64,000 nt of DNA from a virus. Made by a program: the position numbers and the translations under genes. Of this stretch, positions 45,327 through 54,944 are shown piece by piece. Under the pieces are notes generated by a model. The model searched no databases, was not told where the DNA came from, and saw nothing but the letters and a program-made list of their open reading frames with translations. Each line of letters begins with the position of its first letter. Positions within the stretch are counted from its first letter, which is position 1. The stretch lies in IMG/VR virus record IMGVR_UViG_3300002460_000021, positions 1 to 64,000 of that record, one strand, 5' to 3'.

Positions 45327-46259
45327 CTAGCTATTCTGATGTAACCTAAATGCAGTTGCTTCGCCGCACGTATCGAAAAAGTATTCGGGAACAAAATAAT
45401 TATCGCTTAAAAATCCAGGCAGGATGCCGCGCCACAGGCCGCACAAAAACTGCAAAAACTTACGCCCAGTTCTAAATTCTGCTACTTCTGGAGTCGGCTG
45501 CCGCGCGTAAAACCGCCATAAAAAGCAGCCGGGATCATACTGAAGAGACGCTGCGTTAGGAGGAGCCCCGATGCCCTGCCAGGCTTCTCGTATCTGTCGA
45601 CGGCGCCAGCAATACTTTGGGGACGCGCTCCATCCTCGGCGACACAGGCCAAAGAACGCCATAAGTCTGGACGAGCTATCCGGCTTTGTCGGATCCACAA
45701 ACCACCGCGGATCTCTCAATAAGCCGATAACTCGCGCGCACGCTAACTCAGAACTTCCACGAATAAACTGTAAAGATTTAAACAAAGGATGAGAGACCAG
45801 CAATCCTAATAGTTGGCGCCGTTGCGCGAGCGTCGTATCTGAAGCAGCTGTCATTCTATAAGTTAACGCGTCGAGCGCGGTTAGCGGGCGCCAGCCGCCC
45901 TGGCTAGGAACCGTACCCGTCCATTGAGATAACAAGCATAGCGCATAATCGGGATCTACGGCGCACTTAACTGCCGTTGAGCAAGCTAACGGAGTACACA
46001 CGAACGCTGATATATCACTATGCTCGGCTAAACTTGAAATAAGTGGTGCGTTTTCCACAGTGCCGGCTAGGTACCACTGGCGGTCTACGCCACATGGCGG
46101 GTCTGCCAAAAATGCGGCGGCTCTTCGACCGGAAGAACGCGTACGGTTATCTGACAGAGAATACCACACGTTGCCATCCATAGCCGTATGTATATATTGT
46201 CTCTCGCCAGCCACTGGTGTTGCTGTAATCTTAGGAATTGTAATAGCGAGTACTGGCAT
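45327..46259 (-). CDS. Hypothetical protein with a segment resembling the IS110 transposase C-terminal domain
   Basis: LQFIRG.S..ACARVIG...DP.WF.....SRLMAFFGL. Confidence 0.4.
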   Translation of the reverse strand: MPVLAITIPKITATPVAGERQYIHTAMDGNVWYSLSDNRTRSSGRRAAAFLADPPCGVDRQWYLAGTVENAPLISSLAEHSDISAFVCTPLACSTAVKCAVDPDYALCLLSQWTGTVPSQGGWRPLTALDALTYRMTAASDTTLAQRRQLLGLLVSHPLFKSLQFIRGSSELACARVIGLLRDPRWFVDPTKPDSSSRLMAFFGLCRRGWSASPKYCWRRRQIREAWQGIGAPPNAASLQYDPGCFLWRFYARQPTPEVAEFRTGRKFLQFLCGLWRGILPGFLSDNYFVPEYFFDTCGEATAFRLHQNS

Positions 46260-46271
46260 AGCGACCTCTAG

Positions 46272-48395
46272 TTATTGTGGCGGAGATAGCTCGATAACGT
46301 GGTCAAATAAAGGTAGAAAACTTCGTTCATGCGTGATCATGACACATTGCAAGCCATGAGATCCTGTCATTGAACGAATCTGACCAAGTGCGCGGCGTAA
46401 ACACTCTAGCCGCTCATCGTCTAAACCGGCTGTAGGCTCATCGAGACACAGTATACCCACATCTGTGGCAAACTCGGCGTTAACGGCCAGGCGCCAAGCT
46501 AGTGCAAACACGACCTTTTCACCGCCAGACAGCCTCTCCGCCGGCTGCTCTCGCCCATCGAAAAACTTAGCCCTAAACGTCAGATGTTCGCCAACTGTGA
46601 TACGAAAATTAACGCCGAGCTCTTCCAAATTCCTATTAACGCTACCCTCAAGTAACTCAAGACTGCGCTGCGCCTCGCTAGCAGGTAACGCGTCTCGATG
46701 AAAAATTGCACGCAGCTCTTCTAATGATTGACGCCATTCATGACGACTGGCGGCTTGCTTTTGTAACTCTCTTAGATGCAAACATGTGGACTCAACCGCA
46801 GATAATTCACGCCGCGCCAAGGTCAAGTCTATGCTTAATTTATCTCGCCGTAATTTATGACCGATACTAGCTTGCATCAAAGCTTGCGCTTCTTCCTCCG
46901 TACACGTAACAGACGCCATTTCACTAAACAGCGACGTCTGCTCAGTTTCTAAGCTACCACGCTGCGACTTTAAAATACCTAGAGTTATAAACAAGTCCCT
47001 CTGCTGGACCTCCAATCCGTTGCTGCAAATTTCTAACTTTTTCATCTCCTCGGCGGCAGCGCGCGCGGCAATCAGAAAAGACTCCAGACTGGCGGCGTTA
47101 GCTGCCGGCTGAGGCCCGATAGACTCCTGTAACATATCCCTTTGAATTTGCAATGCAGCTAATCGTTTTTGATGATCAGCTCCCCATACTATGTACACCG
47201 CGGCTACCTCTCCTTCTTGCCACGACTCTAATTTACGCCGCTGCAACTCAGCCATGCGCTGCAACAGCGTGGCGTGTTGCTCCTTGTACGCTGAATACTG
47301 ATCGGCCAACTGGTCAGTGGCAGTACCACATGTAGGACATGCGGAAACGCCTGTGCTGATATCGAACGTTGTCAAAAATGAATTAACGTGCGCTAGTTTT
47401 TCAGCCGTCTGTGCCCACTGCTGCACATCAGCAGCCGTCCACGGTACTTCTTTAGGCAGCAGCGGGGGAATTTCGTTTTGAATTAAATCCAGCTGGTTCA
47501 GCACGCCTTGAAGTCTGACTTCTAGTGCCGCGCGCTCCCTAAGTGCCCGTAGATCTGACTGCGCCTCCGCTATTTTCTCTGCGGGATACAGCTGTTTCAA
47601 ATTATCTAGTGACGCATACGTCGACAACAGGTCTTCCTCTAATTCAGATAGCGCGATAGTTAGTTGCGTGTGTCGTTCAGCTATATTCAACAACTCATTA
47701 TCAATCTGACGCAGCCGCGATTGGCTAACTAGATACTTTCTTAACGAAGCTGTGGTGTCTTCGTCGATATCTGGAAGTACCGCCAGGGCCTCAGTTAACC
47801 GCAGAACCTCCGCATTAAGCCGCAGGCGCTTGGCTTCCCATTCAGCGACATCGGCTACTTCTTGCTCCGGCAGCCGTGTTAAGCGCTCGCCCAGTGCTTG
47901 CCATATAGTCTCAACGCGATCTAGCCGGAACAGTCGCTGAATAGCCTTGGCACGAATTGTGGGCGTCTCATCTAAAAAGGAGGCTATCTGGTTTTGGTCA
48001 ACGAATAAATAATCGCCAACAACCTTAAGAGGCAGATTAAACCACTGGGCCAATCTCTCGCTGACTTCATCTTCACGAGTATACGTGACGCCGCCAACGA
48101 CTAAAGAACGATTAGCTGGCCTCATACCGCGAGTAACAATCGCCTGCTGCCCCTGATGCTCGATAGTGACACGTATATATGATTTGTCCTTCGCACCGGC
48201 AAATTGAAATATGTTATCTGTTTTGATGCCGGCAAATCGCGAGAAGTCGTTTGTTAGGCAGGCATGTACGGCACGCATAAGCGTCGATTTTCCACTGGCG
48301 TTGGCCCCGCATATGCCGGTTAACCCGCGGTGAAAGTTCACAGACAGATCTCTAAGCTGTCCAAAATTTTTAAGCTCGGCGCTAATTAAATGCAT
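46272..48395 (-). CDS. sbcC: SbcC/Rad50-like SMC ATPase
   Basis: LKNF, GANASGKS, coiled coils with CPTC hook, LSGGE, LDEPT..LD, ITH; likely start MHLIS. Confidence 0.92.
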   Translation of the reverse strand: MHLISAELKNFGQLRDLSVNFHRGLTGICGANASGKSTLMRAVHACLTNDFSRFAGIKTDNIFQFAGAKDKSYIRVTIEHQGQQAIVTRGMRPANRSLVVGGVTYTREDEVSERLAQWFNLPLKVVGDYLFVDQNQIASFLDETPTIRAKAIQRLFRLDRVETIWQALGERLTRLPEQEVADVAEWEAKRLRLNAEVLRLTEALAVLPDIDEDTTASLRKYLVSQSRLRQIDNELLNIAERHTQLTIALSELEEDLLSTYASLDNLKQLYPAEKIAEAQSDLRALRERAALEVRLQGVLNQLDLIQNEIPPLLPKEVPWTAADVQQWAQTAEKLAHVNSFLTTFDISTGVSACPTCGTATDQLADQYSAYKEQHATLLQRMAELQRRKLESWQEGEVAAVYIVWGADHQKRLAALQIQRDMLQESIGPQPAANAASLESFLIAARAAAEEMKKLEICSNGLEVQQRDLFITLGILKSQRGSLETEQTSLFSEMASVTCTEEEAQALMQASIGHKLRRDKLSIDLTLARRELSAVESTCLHLRELQKQAASRHEWRQSLEELRAIFHRDALPASEAQRSLELLEGSVNRNLEELGVNFRITVGEHLTFRAKFFDGREQPAERLSGGEKVVFALAWRLAVNAEFATDVGILCLDEPTAGLDDERLECLRRALGQIRSMTGSHGLQCVMITHERSFLPLFDHVIELSPPQ

Positions 48396-48398
48396 GTC

Positions 48399-48412
48399 AA
48401 TATCCGGATATT
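48399..48412. repeat. AATATCCGGATATT palindrome copy 9
   Basis: Exact; 18 bp extended; 3 nt upstream of the sbcC ATG. Confidence 0.95.
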
Positions 48413-48471
48413 GAGAAAAGATGAGCCTGGCAGCAAGCCACCAGGCGCATCCGCACGGACCACCATAGCGT

Positions 48472-48843
48472 CTAAACACTGTGAATTAACGTGCGCAGCA
48501 CAACCGAAGTGTGCGCTTCTTTCTCGCCGACAAGCTCGAGGTTGTCGGCATCTCGAATGGACGTGTAATCCGCATTAACCCAGGCAACTAGTGCCTGCCG
48601 CGGGGAATACTTGGTGGGATCCATCCAGCCTTCAATACGCCCAACCTGGCCCGTTTCCTTGCAACGCACGAACTTGGCATCCGCCAGTTCGGAAGGAATG
48701 TTCGTGAGAATCTGCTCCACACGCGTCTCCCTGACAGGAGTGACTTTAGACTTACGCCGCTTAGTTACCACGCCGGCAACTTTTCTTTTTCGCGGCGCCG
48801 TCTTGGCAGTAACCGTAGCTACAGCGGATGTCTTCTTAGCCAT
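48472..48843 (-). CDS. Small protein with Lys/Arg-rich N-terminal tail
   Basis: MAKKTS...RKRK...KRRKSK; possible nucleoid-associated protein. Confidence 0.6.
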   Translation of the reverse strand: MAKKTSAVATVTAKTAPRKRKVAGVVTKRRKSKVTPVRETRVEQILTNIPSELADAKFVRCKETGQVGRIEGWMDPTKYSPRQALVAWVNADYTSIRDADNLELVGEKEAHTSVVLRTLIHSV

Positions 48844-48844
48844 G

Positions 48845-49963
48845 CTAATCGCCTTTCTGCGCAATAAATTCTTTTTCTAATTTCAAGATTTCCTCTGCCG
48901 GGTCAGCGCAAGCCAGCAGCCGCCTAGCCCGCTGATGTGTCGGAGAGCCGACAACACACCTATTATCCAGGCTACCCTCTAGCCCACGTTTAATAGGCCG
49001 CAACTCGCTCTCGTCGGCTGTAACTGAAAACGACACCGGCTTCACAACCAGCGGCTGCAAAAAGACGTGACCCCTATCACCAATGCGCGATGTTAGTATT
49101 TTGTAAACATCGGTGATTTGAGGATGATACAATACATGCACAATGGGTCGTGCAATGGAATCCGGCACGCCCTTCTGGTACCGGATGCTTTCCATCTCCT
49201 CTGCCAACCAGCGCTCAAGCTCATCAGCAGTCTCTAATCGTACACGATATACACGTCGGCAAGGCAGTGACAATGAGCAGTACGTCAGGTCATCATAGAG
49301 CAAAAATATCTTCTTGTCCTCGGGCTCGTCGATGGCTTGCATGCACGTAGACCCAGGAGAAAGTACTGTCAGAGGCTGTCCGTCCTTACCCTCGCCCACC
49401 CACGACAAATGCTTGTGGTAATCACCAGTCAGCACACAACGTACATGTGGCACGTCCATAAACGACGCCTGACCTATCTTCGCTCCCATAAACTCGGTCC
49501 AGACCTGATGCGTCATTAACAAATCAGCGCTAGACGGGACAGCCGTGAACTCTGCTACAGCTTGCTCGGCTTTGAGAATATCGAGACCGTACGCTTTGAT
49601 GGGCCCAACACTAAAAGATTTCTGATGCACGTAACGGACATATGGACTGAGCAACAGCCACGGCTGCCGCGACCACTCATGTTGACCCTGGATAACATAT
49701 GTAATTATGCCATCTTGGCCCGCTTTATTTAGCGCTGCGATGACACTAGTGACCACGGCCGAAGCGGGGTACGGACGGTCAATAAGATCGCCAGCGCCCA
49801 GCACTGTAGTCACATTGTACTGACGTGCCAGATCGTAGATTGCGCCAAGTGCTACGAATGCGTCATCGCGTAAAGTGGGGTGTCTCTGCCACGCCATTTC
49901 GGCGGCGTGCCAATCACTTGTACCGAGTGCAATAGGCTTAGAGCTTGTTTTGACAGTCGCCAT
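48845..49963 (-). CDS. sbcD: SbcD/Mre11-like metallophosphoesterase nuclease
   Basis: SDWH, AGDLID, GQHE, THQ, GDYH, SPGS. Confidence 0.88.
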   Translation of the reverse strand: MATVKTSSKPIALGTSDWHAAEMAWQRHPTLRDDAFVALGAIYDLARQYNVTTVLGAGDLIDRPYPASAVVTSVIAALNKAGQDGIITYVIQGQHEWSRQPWLLLSPYVRYVHQKSFSVGPIKAYGLDILKAEQAVAEFTAVPSSADLLMTHQVWTEFMGAKIGQASFMDVPHVRCVLTGDYHKHLSWVGEGKDGQPLTVLSPGSTCMQAIDEPEDKKIFLLYDDLTYCSLSLPCRRVYRVRLETADELERWLAEEMESIRYQKGVPDSIARPIVHVLYHPQITDVYKILTSRIGDRGHVFLQPLVVKPVSFSVTADESELRPIKRGLEGSLDNRCVVGSPTHQRARRLLACADPAEEILKLEKEFIAQKGD

Positions 49964-51428
49964 CACAGCCTTTCTGCAGTTGCTCGGAATTGACAACACG
50001 CTCAATTACCTGCGTGGTACTCCAGCGCGGCAGCATTGGTGCCTGTACCGTACGGCCGCCCCAACTCTCAACCAATTCACTGCCAGGTATTTGATCTAGA
50101 TTGTACTCGGATCCCTTGACCAGTACCTCGGGGCGCACCTGGTTAATTAAAGCCCTGGGATCCGTGCCATCGAACATAGTGACGGCGTCTACTGTCTCCA
50201 GGTAAGTTAGTGCGTTCAAACGCGCCTCTTGCGGGCATATAGGCCTGTATGGACCTTTAAGTGCCTGGACAGCAGCATCTGTATTAATAGCGACTATAAG
50301 CGCATCGCCGCACGACCGCGCATGCGATAGCAGATGATAATGACCCAGGTGTAACAAGTCGTAGCAACCGTTAGTGAACACTATACGATGACCGGCACGC
50401 CGCTGTGCTGTGCACCAGGCCTCGATGGCAAAAGAGTCACGCAAGATTTTAGAAGAAGGACAGCGCCCACCACAATCCAGCGCGGCGTCTACCTCAGCAC
50501 GTAACACACGAACAGTACCAGGGCGACTGACTGATAAGCCTGCCGCGCAAGCGGCGCGCCTTAGTGCGTCGTCAATGGATAGCCCTTCGCCAAGTGCCAC
50601 AGCTAGCGCGGCAATAACTACATCGCCAGCGCCAACTACATCGAATACCTGTTGAGGATGCCACGCCGGAACGTGTTTAACGCCGGCAGCGGTGCACCAG
50701 CTCATCCCTGACGAGCCGCGTTTAAGAAGAACAGCTCTCGCCATGGGGGCAATTTCGTCAAACAGTACCTGCCCCATGGCTGCCGCATCGGCATCTATAA
50801 CAGGCCCTACCGGCAACGGTTTGCCGGCCGCCGCGCAGGCTTCCATTAAGTTGGGGGTCAAAATATCCACGGCGCCATATCGTTTAAAATCTAGCCCCTT
50901 AGGATCCGCCAACACCAACTTAACGTTGTCGTGGGCCCAGTGCAGTATCTCCGCTATAACGGCGGGAGTTAGCATACCCTTGTTATAATCAGACAATACT
51001 AGTACATCTACCGGACTACTGGCGGCTAGCAGTTTAATGATTGCCTCGTGCGCATCCTTGGCCGCTGGAGGTGACTCGTAGTCATACCTGGCCAGGAAGT
51101 GACGATCGGCGAATAGCCTGGTTTTAACTGTTGTCGCCATATCAGACGACTGTACGAAGTGATAATGAATACCCGCCTCTTCTACCGCTTTACGCAAACG
51201 TCTTGAATTAGAATCAATACCGACCATTCCACCCAAGTGGACAATGCCCCCGAGCGTAGCCACATTAGCGGCTACGTTAGCGGCGCCGCCAGGAACTAAA
51301 CTTTCTATGGGGTTACGCACAACAGGCACGGGGTGCTCCGGCGCTAGCCGCTGCGCGGATCCAACCAGCGTATGATCCAGCATGACATCGCCAATAACCA
51401 ACACGCGCGCCTGAGGAATAGTATTCAT
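49938..51428 (-). CDS. hldE: Bifunctional heptose-7-phosphate kinase / heptose-1-phosphate adenylyltransferase
   Basis: VIGDVMLD, PGGAANVA, SDYNKG, DPKG, TPNL.EA, DVVGAGD; FTNGCYDLLHLGH, LVKG. Confidence 0.93.
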   Translation of the reverse strand: MNTIPQARVLVIGDVMLDHTLVGSAQRLAPEHPVPVVRNPIESLVPGGAANVAANVATLGGIVHLGGMVGIDSNSRRLRKAVEEAGIHYHFVQSSDMATTVKTRLFADRHFLARYDYESPPAAKDAHEAIIKLLAASSPVDVLVLSDYNKGMLTPAVIAEILHWAHDNVKLVLADPKGLDFKRYGAVDILTPNLMEACAAAGKPLPVGPVIDADAAAMGQVLFDEIAPMARAVLLKRGSSGMSWCTAAGVKHVPAWHPQQVFDVVGAGDVVIAALAVALGEGLSIDDALRRAACAAGLSVSRPGTVRVLRAEVDAALDCGGRCPSSKILRDSFAIEAWCTAQRRAGHRIVFTNGCYDLLHLGHYHLLSHARSCGDALIVAINTDAAVQALKGPYRPICPQEARLNALTYLETVDAVTMFDGTDPRALINQVRPEVLVKGSEYNLDQIPGSELVESWGGRTVQAPMLPRWSTTQVIERVVNSEQLQKGCDGDCQNKL

Positions 51429-51637
51429 GGTTTCTCGCGCTTGTCCTCTTCTACGTTTTTATTTTGCGTGGCGTAGAATTCCGCCGACTGCCGCGCAGAC
51501 CGAGCGCCTGCGTCATAGATATACAGCACTACTAACCACAAGCAACCAGCGAGTATTCCTAGCCATAACACAATCTCTACCGTACAAAACACTATCCACA
51601 GCGTCATAATAAAAACTTCGTTGTAGGCTGTTAGCAT
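51425..51637 (-). CDS. Small membrane protein
   Basis: Long hydrophobic segment; ATGA overlap with hldE. Confidence 0.55.
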   Translation of the reverse strand: MLTAYNEVFIMTLWIVFCTVEIVLWLGILAGCLWLVVLYIYDAGARSARQSAEFYATQNKNVEEDKREKP

Positions 51638-51670
51638 TACGTGTTTCCAATCTGTTTAACCGATCAATTC

Positions 51671-51714
51671 AACTAACCTCTAGCTAATATCCGGATATTA
51701 GCTAGAGGTCAGTT
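51671..51714. repeat. 44-bp near-perfect palindrome centred on AATATCCGGATATT (copy 10, 51686-51699)
   Basis: 34 bp perfect (51676-51709), one mismatched pair, then 4 more pairs. Confidence 0.95.
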
Positions 51715-51908
51715 AAACGAGGAGGTGGCGGTAAGTGGTCCTCGCCTTCCGTTCGAACCTTAACAATCCGAGGTGCGTATACCTCTAGGTTTTGTTGGTT
51801 ACACTTTAAACATAATCTATTGGTAACCCGGTTTTCGGAATAAAACCTCGCAGCGCACTTCAAGCAGTAGCGGTAACCGCCAAGCTTGGGTTGCTTCTTG
51901 CTACCCAT
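51702..51908 (-). CDS. Small zinc-finger protein (start MGSKKQ)
   Basis: CLKC...NRLCLKC. Confidence 0.6.
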   Translation of the reverse strand: MGSKKQPKLGGYRYCLKCAARFYSENRVTNRLCLKCNQQNLEVYAPRIVKVRTEGEDHLPPPPRLTDL

Positions 51909-51927
51909 GGTCGTCGCGTCCTGCTCT

Positions 51928-53082
51928 CTAAAGTGTGCCCACAAGTGAGCACGGTTTAGTTCCTGCTTCAACGATGCCCGTTGACATCTCCACAGGCGTT
52001 ACTTCGCCGAAAGCCTCGGCTAGACTTCGTAAGTTTAATGCGGCGTTTAGATCACGATCGATTCGCAAACCGCACTCACATACGAAGATTCGTTCACCAA
52101 GCGACAACTTGTCCTTAATGAGTCCGCAAGATGAACAAGTCTTGCTAGACGGAAAGAAACGGTCAGCCACGACAATCTGCGTCCCGTATTGCTCAGCCTT
52201 ATAGGTGAGTAAGGAACGGAACTTTCCGAAACTGGCATCGCTGATCGATTGTGCAAGCTGGTGGTTATGCACCATCCCACGCACGTTTAAATCTTCGATT
52301 ACTACCGCCCGGTTTTGGCGGCAGAGACGCGTTGTCAGTTTGTGATGATTGTCGTGACGGATGTTTCCAATGCGCTGATAGATGCGAGCAACCACCTTGC
52401 GTTGTTTGTTGCGATTACCTGACCCCTTGACGCGGCGGTGTAGTTTTCTGTTGGCTCGACGCAGTCGCCGCTGCGCCTTGCGAAGCGGTCTCGTGTTTTC
52501 TATCTTCTCTCCAGTGGACAGCGTAGCCAGCATAGCGATACCCAGATCAACGCCAACGATCCCATTATCTGTGCGTGGCGTCTTAATATCGCCAATATCG
52601 ACTGAAATGCAGACGTACCATTCACCACAATCCTCAACGACACGGGCCGAATTGATCTTGCCAGCGAAGCACAGAGCTTCGCGCATTTTAACCTTGCCAA
52701 TTCTAGGCAGACGAATCATTTTGTCGCTTAGGGAGAACTTATCATTAGCAACATAAAACGAACGACGTGTCTTGTTTCTACTCTTGAAAACTGGCTTTCG
52801 TCCTCGTCCGGCGAAGAAGTTACCGAAGGCTGTTTGCAGATCGGAGAATGGTTGGGAGTGGCAGTCGCGATGGACTTCACGTATCCACGGGAATGTTTCT
52901 GGATAAAGGGCGTTGAATTGGGTTTTCAATTTATTGGCGTTTGTCTTCTTGCCTATTTCATAACGCCTGTTCAACTCAGCGAGTGCCCAGTTGAAAACGA
53001 AACGATGCGTACCGGAAGCGTGGACGAAATATTTGCGTTGCCGACAAGTTGGATCAAGTCTTATCTTGTGCGTCCGTTGCAT
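51928..53082 (-). CDS. tnpB: TnpB RNA-guided endonuclease
   Basis: HKIRLDP, RFVFNWAL, GVDLG, VIEDL, FFPSSKTCSSCG, CECG..IDRDLNAALNL; D-E-D intact. Confidence 0.93.
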   Translation of the reverse strand: MQRTHKIRLDPTCRQRKYFVHASGTHRFVFNWALAELNRRYEIGKKTNANKLKTQFNALYPETFPWIREVHRDCHSQPFSDLQTAFGNFFAGRGRKPVFKSRNKTRRSFYVANDKFSLSDKMIRLPRIGKVKMREALCFAGKINSARVVEDCGEWYVCISVDIGDIKTPRTDNGIVGVDLGIAMLATLSTGEKIENTRPLRKAQRRLRRANRKLHRRVKGSGNRNKQRKVVARIYQRIGNIRHDNHHKLTTRLCRQNRAVVIEDLNVRGMVHNHQLAQSISDASFGKFRSLLTYKAEQYGTQIVVADRFFPSSKTCSSCGLIKDKLSLGERIFVCECGLRIDRDLNAALNLRSLAEAFGEVTPVEMSTGIVEAGTKPCSLVGTL

Positions 53083-53099
53083 TCGGGGCTTCCTTGAAC

Positions 53100-53173
53100 T
53101 AGCCGCTCCTAGCGGTCCCAGCGTTGTAGTGTCTTGACGCCACGCCCGATCTTTTGGCTGCTTCGCCAATCGA
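53100..53173 (-). pseudogene. IS607 tnpA N-terminal MerR-type HTH remnant
   Basis: Reads SIGEAAKRSGV, frameshift, VKTLQRWDR then stop. Confidence 0.7.
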
Positions 53174-53312
53174 TGGATGTTTAGATATCGACACACTGTA
53201 TGCACATGTGCGTACTAAATCAATATCTAGCTATGCCTCCTTGACGCCGCTTCATCGTTTTAATAACAGTCAGACAGAGTACATTACTTAATTAAATTGA
53301 ACAAGCATAGAA

Positions 53313-54059
53313 TTAAAGCGGCGTATTTTTAAATACTTCCATTGCCTGAGCCACAGCTTCAGACGCCGCCTGGCACGTTCGCCTACAGCGCGTGTCGCCC
53401 AAAATGTTGTCGTTATTAATTCGAGTAGTGGCGGCCTGCTCGGCAAATTTAACTCGCATGAGCTCATCAGCAGGAAGGTTATCGCGCAAGTTAGCTTTAG
53501 CCGGCAACTGCCGCGCACTTTTAACTGTCTTGGCGTTACCGCCAAGAATAGGATAGTAAATAGCGTTAGTGCAGCCGGCATAATCAGTCACTTCGTGTTC
53601 AGACAATGTCGATGTTAGCGTCTTACGTTCGACAATACCTTCCTCGCGACTCTCGATCCACTCGCCACTCTTGCCCAAGGCCTCGTACTTCTTGCGTCGC
53701 CTAGCGTCGTACACACCGGTCTTTCGGATGGCGGGAAGCACCTCGCCGGCAACCCAGTCCATAAATGCCGCGGCCTCTGGCTTACGAGAACGGAAAGTCA
53801 GCCTATAGACAGCGGCCTCGCGGATAATGACAACATCCTGCTGCTGGAAGCCAAGACTGCCGTGCTGGTTACTTAGGGGGGTAAGGAGTTTCCTCACCCC
53901 CCTCCAATCTGCCGGAATACCAGCCAGTGTCTTGCTGTTCCAGGTAAGCTCCAGAGCGGCGCAGACGTCCCTAGCTACAAACCAGGGCTCGTTGTTAATC
54001 ATAACGGGTGGGCGGATTTCATGGCCATTAAATTTCAGTGCCTGCATAGCTGTTGCCAT
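53313..54059 (-). CDS. BRO-N domain protein (antirepressor-like)
   Basis: EPWFVARDVC.AL, E.AVYRL.FRSRKPEA..F.DWV..EVLPAIRKTG.Y. Confidence 0.88.
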   Translation of the reverse strand: MATAMQALKFNGHEIRPPVMINNEPWFVARDVCAALELTWNSKTLAGIPADWRGVRKLLTPLSNQHGSLGFQQQDVVIIREAAVYRLTFRSRKPEAAAFMDWVAGEVLPAIRKTGVYDARRRKKYEALGKSGEWIESREEGIVERKTLTSTLSEHEVTDYAGCTNAIYYPILGGNAKTVKSARQLPAKANLRDNLPADELMRVKFAEQAATTRINNDNILGDTRCRRTCQAASEAVAQAMEVFKNTPL

Positions 54060-54208
54060 TGGTGTTATGCCCTTTATCTAAGTTATTTAAATTGTTGAGT
54101 GGTGCAAACTAACTCTCAGACCACCACATTTAGAGTTACGTCTTAGTATGTTGCGCTGTAACATACCACGCCAAGCCGGTTTAATACCGTGTGAGTTCAC
54201 TCTTCATA

Positions 54209-54547
54209 TCACTTACAATCCTTTATAATCCAGTCCACGAGCATTTCAGCCTCCGGCGTATCGGCGCTGAAGATCAGCTTATAGACCGCCACCTTGTTAA
54301 TCAAAATAGTATCCTGTGCATACGCTCGCTCAGTCACATCTTCACCGGGGCATGGAAACAGAGTACAGAATTTACGTACACTGCGCCAACCCTCGCTAAT
54401 ACATGCGTTATCTAAAGATTCAATTCCTCTGTACTCGATACCAAGTATCTCGTAAATATCCTCGGCGGCAAACCACGGCGTACTATCGATCATATAACGA
54501 CGCACCGCGCTACACTTAAACTCTAATACGTCCGGCGCACGCTTCAC
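54209..54547 (-). CDS. Short BRO-N domain paralog
   Basis: PWFAAEDIYEIL, AVYKLIFSADTPEA...DW. Confidence 0.7.
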   Translation of the reverse strand: MKRAPDVLEFKCSAVRRYMIDSTPWFAAEDIYEILGIEYRGIESLDNACISEGWRSVRKFCTLFPCPGEDVTERAYAQDTILINKVAVYKLIFSADTPEAEMLVDWIIKDCK

Positions 54548-54605
54548 GCTACCAGTCCTTTCTAAATCGACTCAACCCAATTGTCAGATTACTAACTATA
54601 CGCCT

Positions 54606-54944
54606 CTAGTCAAGTCTCCCATCATCCTCCCAGGCGCGAATAGCGTTGTCCTGCCACCCGATATCAGTGACCGTGGTGTCACAAAAACCGGCAGCCATAA
54701 TCTCCCCTATAGACGCACGTGTATGGCAGATGTGTCTTCCAGCGTCGTAAACTTCTCCACAGGAAGAACATACATAAATTGAATGGCTGGGAGGTTCGTC
54801 ATCAGTCGTGTCTATCTCAACGTACATTGTCATCTTTGCATAACTACGTTTACTGGTACGCAACACGGCTCGCTTCCTGCGCTCAAGCTCTTCAGGCGGT
54901 AAAGGGATGTGCGTATTTTTATATGGGTAATCCGAGCCACTCAT
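54606..54944 (-). CDS. Hypothetical protein
   Basis: ORF track; CSSC..HIC. Confidence 0.5.
   Translation of the reverse strand: MSGSDYPYKNTHIPLPPEELERRKRAVLRTSKRSYAKMTMYVEIDTTDDEPPSHSIYVCSSCGEVYDAGRHICHTRASIGEIMAAGFCDTTVTDIGWQDNAIRAWEDDGRLD

Larger units (their letters stand above)
51920..53237 (-). mobile_element. Non-autonomous IS607-family element (tnpA remnant + tnpB)
   Basis: GG dinucleotides at both inferred junctions; IS607-type 3' end GAAGCAGGAA...GAGCAGG; decayed tnpA HTH. Confidence 0.7.

Noticed and set aside
51922-53235. IStron (group I intron-IS607 hybrid)
   Set aside because: The 3' end finishes in CAG, but only ~60 bp lie between the left end and the tnpA remnant, too short for a group I ribozyme core.
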